Shown: piece by piece, positions 28,980 to 36,481 of the stretch
How the letters are laid out: each line of letters begins with the position of its first letter
How positions within the stretch are numbered: position 1 is the first letter of the stretch
Virus record (IMG/VR): IMGVR_UViG_3300021373_002801
Location: 12,581 to 76,580 of that record
From: a virus
Direction: 5' to 3' (one strand)
Length of the DNA: 64,000 nucleotides
The notes under the pieces: generated by a model
What the model was told of the DNA's origin: nothing
Seen by the model: only the letters and a program-made list of their open reading frames with translations
Database searches by the model: none
Translations under genes and position numbers: made by a program

Positions 28980-30505
28980 AAATTTCGTAATCCTCTAAAA
29001 TATTCAATAAACTCTTTATAAGAGTAACAATATTGTGTCTCATTTGCCCAATGATTTTTAAGTTCATAATGACTATGTTGTGTTAGCTCATATAAATTAC
29101 CTTCTGGCAAGCTAAAATCTATTTCTGAACTAGCAATATCTTTGTTAAGAACATTTATACCTTCCATAACATAACTGTACAACGGCCAACCAGCACTACC
29201 TTGGTAATGAGGGAAATCGTTAAATGTCGGTGTCCTATATTTTGCCATTTCTAATAATTCTTTTACAAACTCAGTTTGAGTTACTCCGGTTTTAATATAT
29301 TTCCAAAATTCGCTGTCGTCTCGGCCACCCATGTAGTGCAATACTAGAAAATCTTTAATGTCATCGTATAATTTTCTTGTTCGTTTGTTATATATTGCCA
29401 TACTTCCTTCATTTATAGTTTGTTCGATAGTAGGTTTTACATATTCAAAGAATAAATTATTAGCTTGTACAATAGTTGAATGAATACTAGTTGCTTCCAA
29501 CGGTTCTAAAAAGGCACTACTAAGTCCGATAGTAACACAATTTTTAATCCAAGCACTTTCTTGCCGCCCTGAATCAAATTTTATTACTCTGATAGGATCT
29601 ATTTCTTGTCCTAGTATTGTTTCTATTTCTTCTTGGGCTTTGTCAGGAGTTGTATAAGCATCGCAATAAACATATCCGCATCCTTTTCGATCCATTAGAG
29701 GTATCTGCCACATCCAACCTGCTTTTTGTGCCCAGGCAGTTGTATATGGTTCTGGAACTTCGCCTTCTTTGTATTTTAAATGAAACGGCAACCCTGTGTT
29801 TAGAGGCAAGTTGTCTTGGAAACTTACCCATTTACTAGGAAGATGTTTCATTACCACACGATTAAATCCTGAACAATCAATAAAAAAATCACCGTCTAAT
29901 ATTTGTTGGTTAGATAACACCAAACTTTTCACAAATCCCTTATCATTGAGTTTTACATCTAGTACTTCGGTATCAATGTGTTTAGTGTTAAGTCGACGAA
30001 GTGCAACTTTTTTAAAATATTGCCCTGCAAGGTGTGCGTCTATGTGATATGCATGATGATTGTCTATAAATTCTTTTTTAAATTTATTAAAATTACTTAA
30101 TTCGTTGTAAATCCAATAACCACAACGAGAAAGATTTAACATTTCTTTTCTTTGTAGTTTGTCTAAACCATAATTAAACATACAATCGGGTACAGCACTA
30201 GCAGTAGTGGTACCATCAATAGGGCCTATATAATAATCATCAACGTCATTAGTCCACCCCTTGTGTTTAATAGCGTATTTTAAAGTTGCACCAGTTTCTT
30301 TAATAAATTCGTTTTGATCACATCCGTAATTTGTAGCCCAGTTAACTAGTACATCGGTAAAGTGTCCAGTAGTGCTTTCACCAACACCAACTACCCCTAT
30401 TTTACTACTTTCAATAACAGTAATTTCGTGATCAGGATGCCTTGCACTAGCAATCAATGCCGTGATCCATCCTGCTGTGCCGCCTCCTACAATTACAATC
30501 TTCAT
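28976..30505 (-). CDS. Flavin-dependent halogenase-family protein
   Basis: GGGTAGW, VGVGEST, ATLKYAI, GWMWQIP, FLEPLEATS. Close paralog of 27480..28979. Confidence 0.9.
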   Translation of the reverse strand: MKIVIVGGGTAGWITALIASARHPDHEITVIESSKIGVVGVGESTTGHFTDVLVNWATNYGCDQNEFIKETGATLKYAIKHKGWTNDVDDYYIGPIDGTTTASAVPDCMFNYGLDKLQRKEMLNLSRCGYWIYNELSNFNKFKKEFIDNHHAYHIDAHLAGQYFKKVALRRLNTKHIDTEVLDVKLNDKGFVKSLVLSNQQILDGDFFIDCSGFNRVVMKHLPSKWVSFQDNLPLNTGLPFHLKYKEGEVPEPYTTAWAQKAGWMWQIPLMDRKGCGYVYCDAYTTPDKAQEEIETILGQEIDPIRVIKFDSGRQESAWIKNCVTIGLSSAFLEPLEATSIHSTIVQANNLFFEYVKPTIEQTINEGSMAIYNKRTRKLYDDIKDFLVLHYMGGRDDSEFWKYIKTGVTQTEFVKELLEMAKYRTPTFNDFPHYQGSAGWPLYSYVMEGINVLNKDIASSEIDFSLPEGNLYELTQHSHYELKNHWANETQYCYSYKEFIEYFRGLRNL

Positions 30506-31137
30506 TAAAAATCCTCTGTCGCTAATCCGGAGTTAAAAGCCATGTTAATCCTTTTCCGATCAATAGGGTTATTATGTACTTTGTGTATTAAATAACTTGG
30601 AAATAATAGTATATCTCCATCCTTAGGTTCATAATATGAAGTTCCATGATAAGGCCAAGAAACATGTGTTGTTCTATGCATATAATGTTGTGGTATAAAT
30701 TCAATCGCTCCAGTTCCTGTGCCTTGAAAGTAAAAAACTCCACTTACTAAGTTTGCACTAGATGTGTGAGCATGTTCTCGATTTTCTGCACCCTTTTCAT
30801 TCATATTGAACCAAGCATCTACATTCCACTGAGTTGATATTTCTACATCTTGTATATTTAAGTTATTAGGTTTAGGTAAAGCAGACATGTATTGGTTTGA
30901 AACTTCTAAAATTTTATTTACAAGGTACTGTTGTGTTTGCTCATCAAATCCATTGTGTAAATGCGGCTTCCCCCTCCAGCATCCAAAATGACTATTTTTT
31001 AACATTTTTATATCTGCATTCAGTGTTTGATCTTTATATATTTTAATTTGATTACTAATTTTGTCACACATTGCTTGTGGAATTTCATTTTCCATGTGTA
31101 ATATAATTGTTTGATCAATAATATTTAAATTATGCAT
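30505..31137 (-). CDS. 2OG-Fe(II) oxygenase-like protein (TIGR02466-type)
   Basis: HAH...LVSGVFY...FPSYLIHKV...RINMAFN. Confidence 0.85.
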   Translation of the reverse strand: MHNLNIIDQTIILHMENEIPQAMCDKISNQIKIYKDQTLNADIKMLKNSHFGCWRGKPHLHNGFDEQTQQYLVNKILEVSNQYMSALPKPNNLNIQDVEISTQWNVDAWFNMNEKGAENREHAHTSSANLVSGVFYFQGTGTGAIEFIPQHYMHRTTHVSWPYHGTSYYEPKDGDILLFPSYLIHKVHNNPIDRKRINMAFNSGLATEDF

Positions 31138-31735
31138 ATGTAAATACTACTACTACTCGTCTTTCGTGTAATGACGGATATTTATGGGCATGATAACAAC
31201 CTTTAAATTGTGATACTTGCCATTTTTGTGCAGGTAATTCGTTCCAATCATTTATTTCCTCGTTCCATACTAGCGTAGGAGCTGTTGGATTATCTGTTAG
31301 ATATAGTAACCAATTATAGTGATGCCAAGTATGATCTTCATGCGGCACGGTTATAGCATTTTCGCCATTATACCAATTACAATTTACATTTGCTCTAAAA
31401 ATATTATGATAAGATTTGTTATTTTGGCTCATCCAATTATGAAAAATTTCAAAAAAGAATTCTGCATACCCTTCACTAAAATGATCAGTTGGTCTATCAG
31501 TGTGTTTAACATGTTCTTCTTCAGTTCTGCGTAGAAGTGCATGACTTAAGAAAGGACCATTTACATATGATCCCTGTTTTATTTTTTCGGGAGTATTTTC
31601 AGGTGGAATATAAGTTGTTTGTTTAGATACATAGTACCAAGGAAAATGATAACCTAAAACATCATTTTCAATAATTGCTTTGTGCTGGTCCGACAGTAGT
31701 CCATCTGAATATGTTGTATCTTTTGGTAAAATCAT
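31130..31735 (-). CDS. 2OG-Fe(II) oxygenase-family protein
   Basis: FPWYY, PHEDH, YHAH, RRVVVVFT. Start set at ATG 31735 (MILPKD), 5 nt after GTTAAATA (track 31762). Confidence 0.75.
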   Translation of the reverse strand: MILPKDTTYSDGLLSDQHKAIIENDVLGYHFPWYYVSKQTTYIPPENTPEKIKQGSYVNGPFLSHALLRRTEEEHVKHTDRPTDHFSEGYAEFFFEIFHNWMSQNNKSYHNIFRANVNCNWYNGENAITVPHEDHTWHHYNWLLYLTDNPTAPTLVWNEEINDWNELPAQKWQVSQFKGCYHAHKYPSLHERRVVVVFTYA

Positions 31736-31740
31736 ATACA

Positions 31741-31748
31741 TATTTAAC
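31741..31748 (-). promoter_or_regulatory. Late promoter-like box GTTAAATA (minus strand)
   Basis: 5 nt before the minus-strand ATG at 31735. Confidence 0.55.
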
Positions 31749-31809
31749 GATAAATGACACATAGCTTATGAAATACGAATCAAAAAAATATTAAATAATA
31801 ATGTGCGTA

Positions 31810-31817
31810 GATAAGTA
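31810..31817 (+). promoter_or_regulatory. Late promoter-like variant GATAAGTA
   Basis: Lies in the divergent intergenic region, upstream of the GGAGG RBS (31834-31838) and ATG 31845. Confidence 0.4.
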
Positions 31818-31844
31818 AATGTGTATGCTACCTGGAGGAAAGAA

Positions 31845-32462
31845 ATGAACACAGAAAATTCAAGCGGATTTACACAGCCAGCTATGGAACGCACCGAATC
31901 GGATAAGCCAGACCAAGAAGCAAGTTTACAGATTACTTCAATAAACTTTAATCCACTGTTTGACAACGAGGAAGTCAAAACCATATGTGAAAATACTATT
32001 GACGAACTTTGGATGCCTATCAAAGTTATGGGTAACGAAGATTTACATAAAGGGTTTAGGCAAAAGCTAAGAGGAGATGTTGCAGATTTTCCTTTTACTA
32101 AGATTAGAGATATAACAAAATCTGCAAACGATCAAATCTACAATTTTGATCTATTAGGGATTATTGATCAAGATTTCCCCCAAGTCTATAAATATACTGA
32201 AGAATGTTATTATAAAACCCATATAGATTTGAATGTTCTTGCACCTACAAGAAAAATTACTTGGATAATAAATTTATCAGATGAAGACGAATACGAAGGT
32301 GGAAATATTTCTTTTTTAAATATTGACACTACCGAAGTAAATACTAACACAAAGGGATCAATTTTAATTTTTCCTTCTTTTATACCTTATAGTATTGATA
32401 AAATTACTAAAGGAGAAAAGAAATTTATTGTTGGTCATGTGCATGGAGCTGTTTTCCGTTGA
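31845..32462 (+). CDS. Prolyl-4-hydroxylase-like 2OG-Fe(II) oxygenase homolog with a degenerate active site
   Basis: HID...RKITWIINLS..EYEGG...FPSFIPYSI..TKGEKK. Start ATG 31845 after GGAGG (track 31821). Confidence 0.75.
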   Translation: MNTENSSGFTQPAMERTESDKPDQEASLQITSINFNPLFDNEEVKTICENTIDELWMPIKVMGNEDLHKGFRQKLRGDVADFPFTKIRDITKSANDQIYNFDLLGIIDQDFPQVYKYTEECYYKTHIDLNVLAPTRKITWIINLSDEDEYEGGNISFLNIDTTEVNTNTKGSILIFPSFIPYSIDKITKGEKKFIVGHVHGAVFR

Positions 32463-33247
32463 TTTTAGATTATGATTATTGGTATTTTGAAAAAGCAATA
32501 GATCCATCCCTCTGTGATCATATAATTCAACAGGGTCTTGCAAAAATGAAAGCACAAGAAGATCAATTTGGTAAAGAAGTATCTATTGCCACTACAGGTG
32601 GTTGGCAACACAAAGGGTCTGAAGGCTACAAAAAAGCAGTAAATGATAAATCTATAGAAGAATTAAAACAAGAAGGATTAGATCCTTCTGAAGCATATGT
32701 AAGAGACTCAAACATTACATGGCTAAACGACGAACCTTTGTTTGAAATGGTTCAGGCTTTTGTTAAAGAAGCTAACATACAAGCAGGTTGGAATTTTGAT
32801 TGGGATTATACCGAAGAATTTCAATTTACAAAATATGGACCAGGCCAATTTTACGGATGGCATGTTGATATGGGCTCAAAACCCTATCGTGAATTTAAAC
32901 CTGAAGAAGATAATTGGAAACTTAATCCTAACGGAACTCCCATGTTAGATACATTTGGTAATCCTTTGACTGAAGATAATTTAGCAACTTCAAATCCTAA
33001 TTTAATTGGTAAGATAAGAAAACTAAGTGTGACAATTAGTTTAAATAAACCTGAAGAATACGAAGGAGGAAATTTAAAATTTGACTTTGGACCGCATGCC
33101 GATGAAAGATTCCATGAATGTACAGAAATTAGACCACAAGGCAGTGTTATAGTATTTCCATCACATGTCTACCACCAAGTAACACCAGTCACAAAAGGTA
33201 CAAGATATAGTTTAGTGGGTTGGAATTTAGGATATCCATTTAGATGA
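32459..33247 (+). CDS. Prolyl-4-hydroxylase-like 2OG-Fe(II) oxygenase (cyanophage-type)
   Basis: FQFTKY..GQFYGWHVD...RKLSVTISL..EYEGG...FPSHVYHQVTPVTKGTRYSLVGW. Confidence 0.9.
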   Translation: MILDYDYWYFEKAIDPSLCDHIIQQGLAKMKAQEDQFGKEVSIATTGGWQHKGSEGYKKAVNDKSIEELKQEGLDPSEAYVRDSNITWLNDEPLFEMVQAFVKEANIQAGWNFDWDYTEEFQFTKYGPGQFYGWHVDMGSKPYREFKPEEDNWKLNPNGTPMLDTFGNPLTEDNLATSNPNLIGKIRKLSVTISLNKPEEYEGGNLKFDFGPHADERFHECTEIRPQGSVIVFPSHVYHQVTPVTKGTRYSLVGWNLGYPFR

Positions 33248-33888
33248 CAAATCCAGAGCTTTTTAAACAAAATTTATATGTTGACTGTAAATCAATCGTA
33301 CCAAAAGATATATGCAATCTAGTATCTAAATACTGTTTGATGAGAGAAGAAAATAAATTAGATGCACCTGAAGAAGCAGACGGCCAAGTACCATTTTCTC
33401 ATAGCGTGTACGGTGATACACTAATGGAAACATTAGAATTTTTCTTGCTACCCTATATGGAATCAAATACTGGACTGAGACTAGCTCCTACTTACAGTTA
33501 TTATAGAGTATATAGGCCCGGAATGGAACTTGAAAGGCATAAAGATAGAGAAAGTTGCGAAATAAGCACATCGGTGTGTTTTGATTTTAAATATAACGAT
33601 ACATCAGAAGATTATCATTGGAGTATGTATGTAGATAAAGAATCTGTAAATACACCTGTACTGGGAGATTTTGTAAGTGCGGGTAATCCAGGAATTCCAG
33701 TACAACAGTCACCAGGTGATATTTTAATATATAGAGGTGTTGATATCGAACATTGGAGAGATCCTTTTGTAGCAGGAATAAATAGTTATCATATACAAGG
33801 ATTTTTCCATTATATAGACAAAGACGGACCTTTTTATCCTGAATGGGTATATGACAAGCGTCCTAGATTAGGCTATAAAGAATTTTAG
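33244..33888 (+). CDS. 2OG-Fe(II) oxygenase-like protein
   Basis: PTYSYYRVY..G.EL.RHKDRESCEIS...GD..IYRG..IEHWR. Confidence 0.8.
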   Translation: MTNPELFKQNLYVDCKSIVPKDICNLVSKYCLMREENKLDAPEEADGQVPFSHSVYGDTLMETLEFFLLPYMESNTGLRLAPTYSYYRVYRPGMELERHKDRESCEISTSVCFDFKYNDTSEDYHWSMYVDKESVNTPVLGDFVSAGNPGIPVQQSPGDILIYRGVDIEHWRDPFVAGINSYHIQGFFHYIDKDGPFYPEWVYDKRPRLGYKEF

Positions 33889-33894
33889 ATTTTG

Positions 33895-33902
33895 TATAAA
33901 TA
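33895..33902 (+). promoter_or_regulatory. T4-type late promoter TATAAATA
   Basis: Exact consensus, intergenic, followed by AAGGAG and ATG 33926. Confidence 0.75.
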
Positions 33903-33925
33903 CTATTGTAATTTAAGGAGTTGGA

Positions 33926-34366
33926 ATGGCTATTAAAAATGTCCCCGCAAGCGATGTAGTTGCTGTTCAAGATGCATGTTATGTGATGGGTGTAGAAGAA
34001 GTTTGGTGCAGAATCAAATTTAAAGACTGTGAAAACTTTTGTGAATACCTTGCAATGCCTGATTCAGATGAACCACTTTCAAGAGAGCTTTACACAAAAT
34101 TAAATAATGGTGACTACGGTGAATTATCACACGGAACTGATAGCTATCGTACACAGCCAAAAACTCAAGCTGAGCTAGAAGCAGACGTAAAAGCAACTAG
34201 AAACCAGCTACTACTAGAATCAGATTTTTCTGGGTTACCTGATGTATCTGCTTCAATGACTGCTAGTAAAAGAGCAGAATGGTCTGCATATAGAACAGCG
34301 TTACGTGATCTTACTACACAAACTAGATTTCCTTGGGATCCAGATTGGCCAACTAAGCCGTCATAA
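33926..34366 (+). CDS. Phage tail-fibre assembly chaperone (Tfa/tail assembly chaperone-like)
   Basis: C-terminal RNQLLLESD...WSAYRTALRDL..Q..FP...WPTKP signature. Confidence 0.8.
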   Translation: MAIKNVPASDVVAVQDACYVMGVEEVWCRIKFKDCENFCEYLAMPDSDEPLSRELYTKLNNGDYGELSHGTDSYRTQPKTQAELEADVKATRNQLLLESDFSGLPDVSASMTASKRAEWSAYRTALRDLTTQTRFPWDPDWPTKPS

Positions 34367-34398
34367 GCCACAATTTAGCATTCGTAAAAAACTACTAC

Positions 34399-34406
34399 TA
34401 TAAATA
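34399..34406 (+). promoter_or_regulatory. T4-type late promoter TATAAATA upstream of groES
   Basis: Exact consensus, followed by AAGGAG 34425-34430. Confidence 0.75.
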
Positions 34407-34433
34407 CCATGCAATGTCGTTACTAAGGAGAAG

Positions 34434-34742
34434 ATGATGCAGGTATTTGAACCTATACGAGATAGACTTCTTGTAAAAAAAGTCGAAGACGAAAATAAAA
34501 CAAAGTCAGGTCTTGTTCTTTCTGATGACACTAAAGAACGCCCCACTAAAGGCGAAGTTATTAGTGTAGGACCAGGTAAGATCAATGATGATGGTAAGTT
34601 ATTAGATATGGTTGTACAAGCAGGAGACATGATTGTTTACCCGCGCTACGCAGGACACCAAATTAAAATTAACAAAGAAGAATTTTTAATTTTAGAAGAA
34701 CACGAAGTTCTTGGAAAATTAAAAGGAGAAGATAATGTCTAA
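34434..34742 (+). CDS. groES: Co-chaperonin GroES (Cpn10)
   Basis: PIRDRLLVK...TKSGLVL...GEVISVGPG...V.AGD.IVY.RYAG. Confidence 0.95.
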   Translation: MMQVFEPIRDRLLVKKVEDENKTKSGLVLSDDTKERPTKGEVISVGPGKINDDGKLLDMVVQAGDMIVYPRYAGHQIKINKEEFLILEEHEVLGKLKGEDNV

Positions 34743-36429
34743 AATTATTCATAGAGTAGTTGTTCAGGGTGCACCAGGACGTAAAAAGATAATCGACGGT
34801 GTTAACATACTTGCAAATGCAGTTAAGGTAACACTTGGACCTAAAGGTAGAAACGTAATTTGTCAAAGAACGTTTGGTCCGCCTCATGTAACAAAGGATG
34901 GAGTTACTGTTGCGAAAGAAATTTGGTTAAAAGACAAACTTGAAGATACTGGTGTTCGTATGATTAAGCAGGCGGCTACACAAACATTCCAAGATATTGG
35001 TGATGGAACAACTACAGCAACACTGTTAGCCCAAAAAATGATCAACGAGGGCAATAAATTTTTAACAGCAGGTATCAGTGGCATTAATTTAAAAAGAGGT
35101 ATGGATATAGCTGTAGAAGCAGTGATGAAAGAACTTAAAGCTGATGCAAAAGTTTGTAAAGATAGAGCATCAACTGAAGCTGTTGCAACCATTGCAACCA
35201 ACAATGATCCTAAGTTAGGTAAACTAATTACAGATGCTCTTGGCGGCGACAACGCAACACACGAAGCACTGGTATCAGTTGAGCCAGGTATGAATTATTA
35301 TGATGAGCTTGTTAATGTTAACGGATTTCAATACGAACACGGATACCTATCTCCACAATTTGTTAATGCAGATAAACAAAAATGTATTTTAGAAAATCCG
35401 CTAATTTTAATTTGTGACAGACCAATTTTAAATATGAATGATGTTTTACCTATACTAGAAAAACTAGTAGAAACTAAACGTCCATTTTTAATTATGGCCG
35501 AAGAAGTAGAGCAAGACGTGCTTGCTACATTGGTAATAAACAACTTAAACGGATCTATACAATGTTGTGCGGTTAAACCACCAGATTGGAAAGGCAAGAT
35601 GCGTACAAAATACTGCGAAGATATTGCTGTACTGACAGGCGGAACTGTAATTTCTGATCAAACAGGTAGAAAAGTAGAAAGTGCCGAATTAGAAGATTGC
35701 GGAGTAGCAAATAGAATAGAGATTACCGATAGTCAGGTAACTATTATTGGCGGCCACGGCGACAAAGACACTATTGCAAAATATATAGATGAAAAAATTA
35801 AACACTATATTGGTGCTCCTAGAGGAGATGACGTTTTTACTGACAAAGGCCAAGAAAAACGTATTAGTAACCTAACCGGTGCTGTGAGTATTATTAGAGT
35901 TGGATCAGCAACAAAAATTGAACTGCGCGAAAAAGAAGACAGAATTGATGATGCTCTTCATGCTACAAAAGCGGCTCTAAAAGATGGTATTGTACCAGGT
36001 GGCGGAGTTGCATTAATACGTGCGATGAACAAAGTGAAAGATCTTAAAGGTGCAAATTCAGAACAGGATGCAGGTATACAAGTTGTTCTCAAAGCGTTAC
36101 AAGAGCCGTTAAGGCAAATTGTTATAAATGCAGGTGATAGTCCCGATGTTGTTGCAAATGAAGTAAACAAAGGTGATGCTGAATTTGGTTACGATGCATC
36201 TACAGGCGAATACGGAAATATGTTTAATATCGGTATTATTGATCCTATTACTGTTGTACAAAAAGCTCTTATGAATGCTGCAAGTATTGCAGGATTACTG
36301 CTAATGACAGATTGCGCTATATACGAAGACAACGATGAAGATGATATAACTGTCCTTGGCCCTTCGCCTAGTGCAGGTGAAAAAGTATTGCCGCCCCAAT
36401 ACGACCAAGGTAACGGTGATACATACTAA
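34735..36429 (+). CDS. groEL: Chaperonin GroEL (Cpn60), phage-encoded, divergent
   Basis: AVKVTLGPKGRNV, TKDGVTVAKEI, GDGTTTAT, GIVPGGG, GIIDP. Lacks the GGM tail. Confidence 0.95.
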   Translation: MSKIIHRVVVQGAPGRKKIIDGVNILANAVKVTLGPKGRNVICQRTFGPPHVTKDGVTVAKEIWLKDKLEDTGVRMIKQAATQTFQDIGDGTTTATLLAQKMINEGNKFLTAGISGINLKRGMDIAVEAVMKELKADAKVCKDRASTEAVATIATNNDPKLGKLITDALGGDNATHEALVSVEPGMNYYDELVNVNGFQYEHGYLSPQFVNADKQKCILENPLILICDRPILNMNDVLPILEKLVETKRPFLIMAEEVEQDVLATLVINNLNGSIQCCAVKPPDWKGKMRTKYCEDIAVLTGGTVISDQTGRKVESAELEDCGVANRIEITDSQVTIIGGHGDKDTIAKYIDEKIKHYIGAPRGDDVFTDKGQEKRISNLTGAVSIIRVGSATKIELREKEDRIDDALHATKAALKDGIVPGGGVALIRAMNKVKDLKGANSEQDAGIQVVLKALQEPLRQIVINAGDSPDVVANEVNKGDAEFGYDASTGEYGNMFNIGIIDPITVVQKALMNAASIAGLLLMTDCAIYEDNDEDDITVLGPSPSAGEKVLPPQYDQGNGDTY

Positions 36430-36437
36430 AGAACTTT

Positions 36438-36474
36438 GTCCTTCACAATATCGATAAATAGTATTGTGAAGGAC
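36438..36474 (+). promoter_or_regulatory. Perfect 13-bp hairpin with late promoter box GATAAATA (36453-36460) in the loop and the RBS in the right arm
   Basis: GTCCTTCACAATA (36438-36450) pairs with TATTGTGAAGGAC (36462-36474); ATG at 36482. Confidence 0.8.
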
Positions 36475-36481
36475 TTATAAT

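Noticed and set aside
18539-33888. Classical small-molecule cluster such as pyrrolnitrin prnABCD, or a mobile element
   Set aside because: No prnB/prnD-like, scaffold-synthesis or transporter genes, and no integrase, transposase or terminal repeats were seen.
34434-36429. Host chromosomal groESL (contamination or prophage boundary)
   Set aside because: It is flanked by phage tail genes, preceded by a T4-type late box, has no visible CIRCE element, and the GroEL is divergent without a GGM tail.
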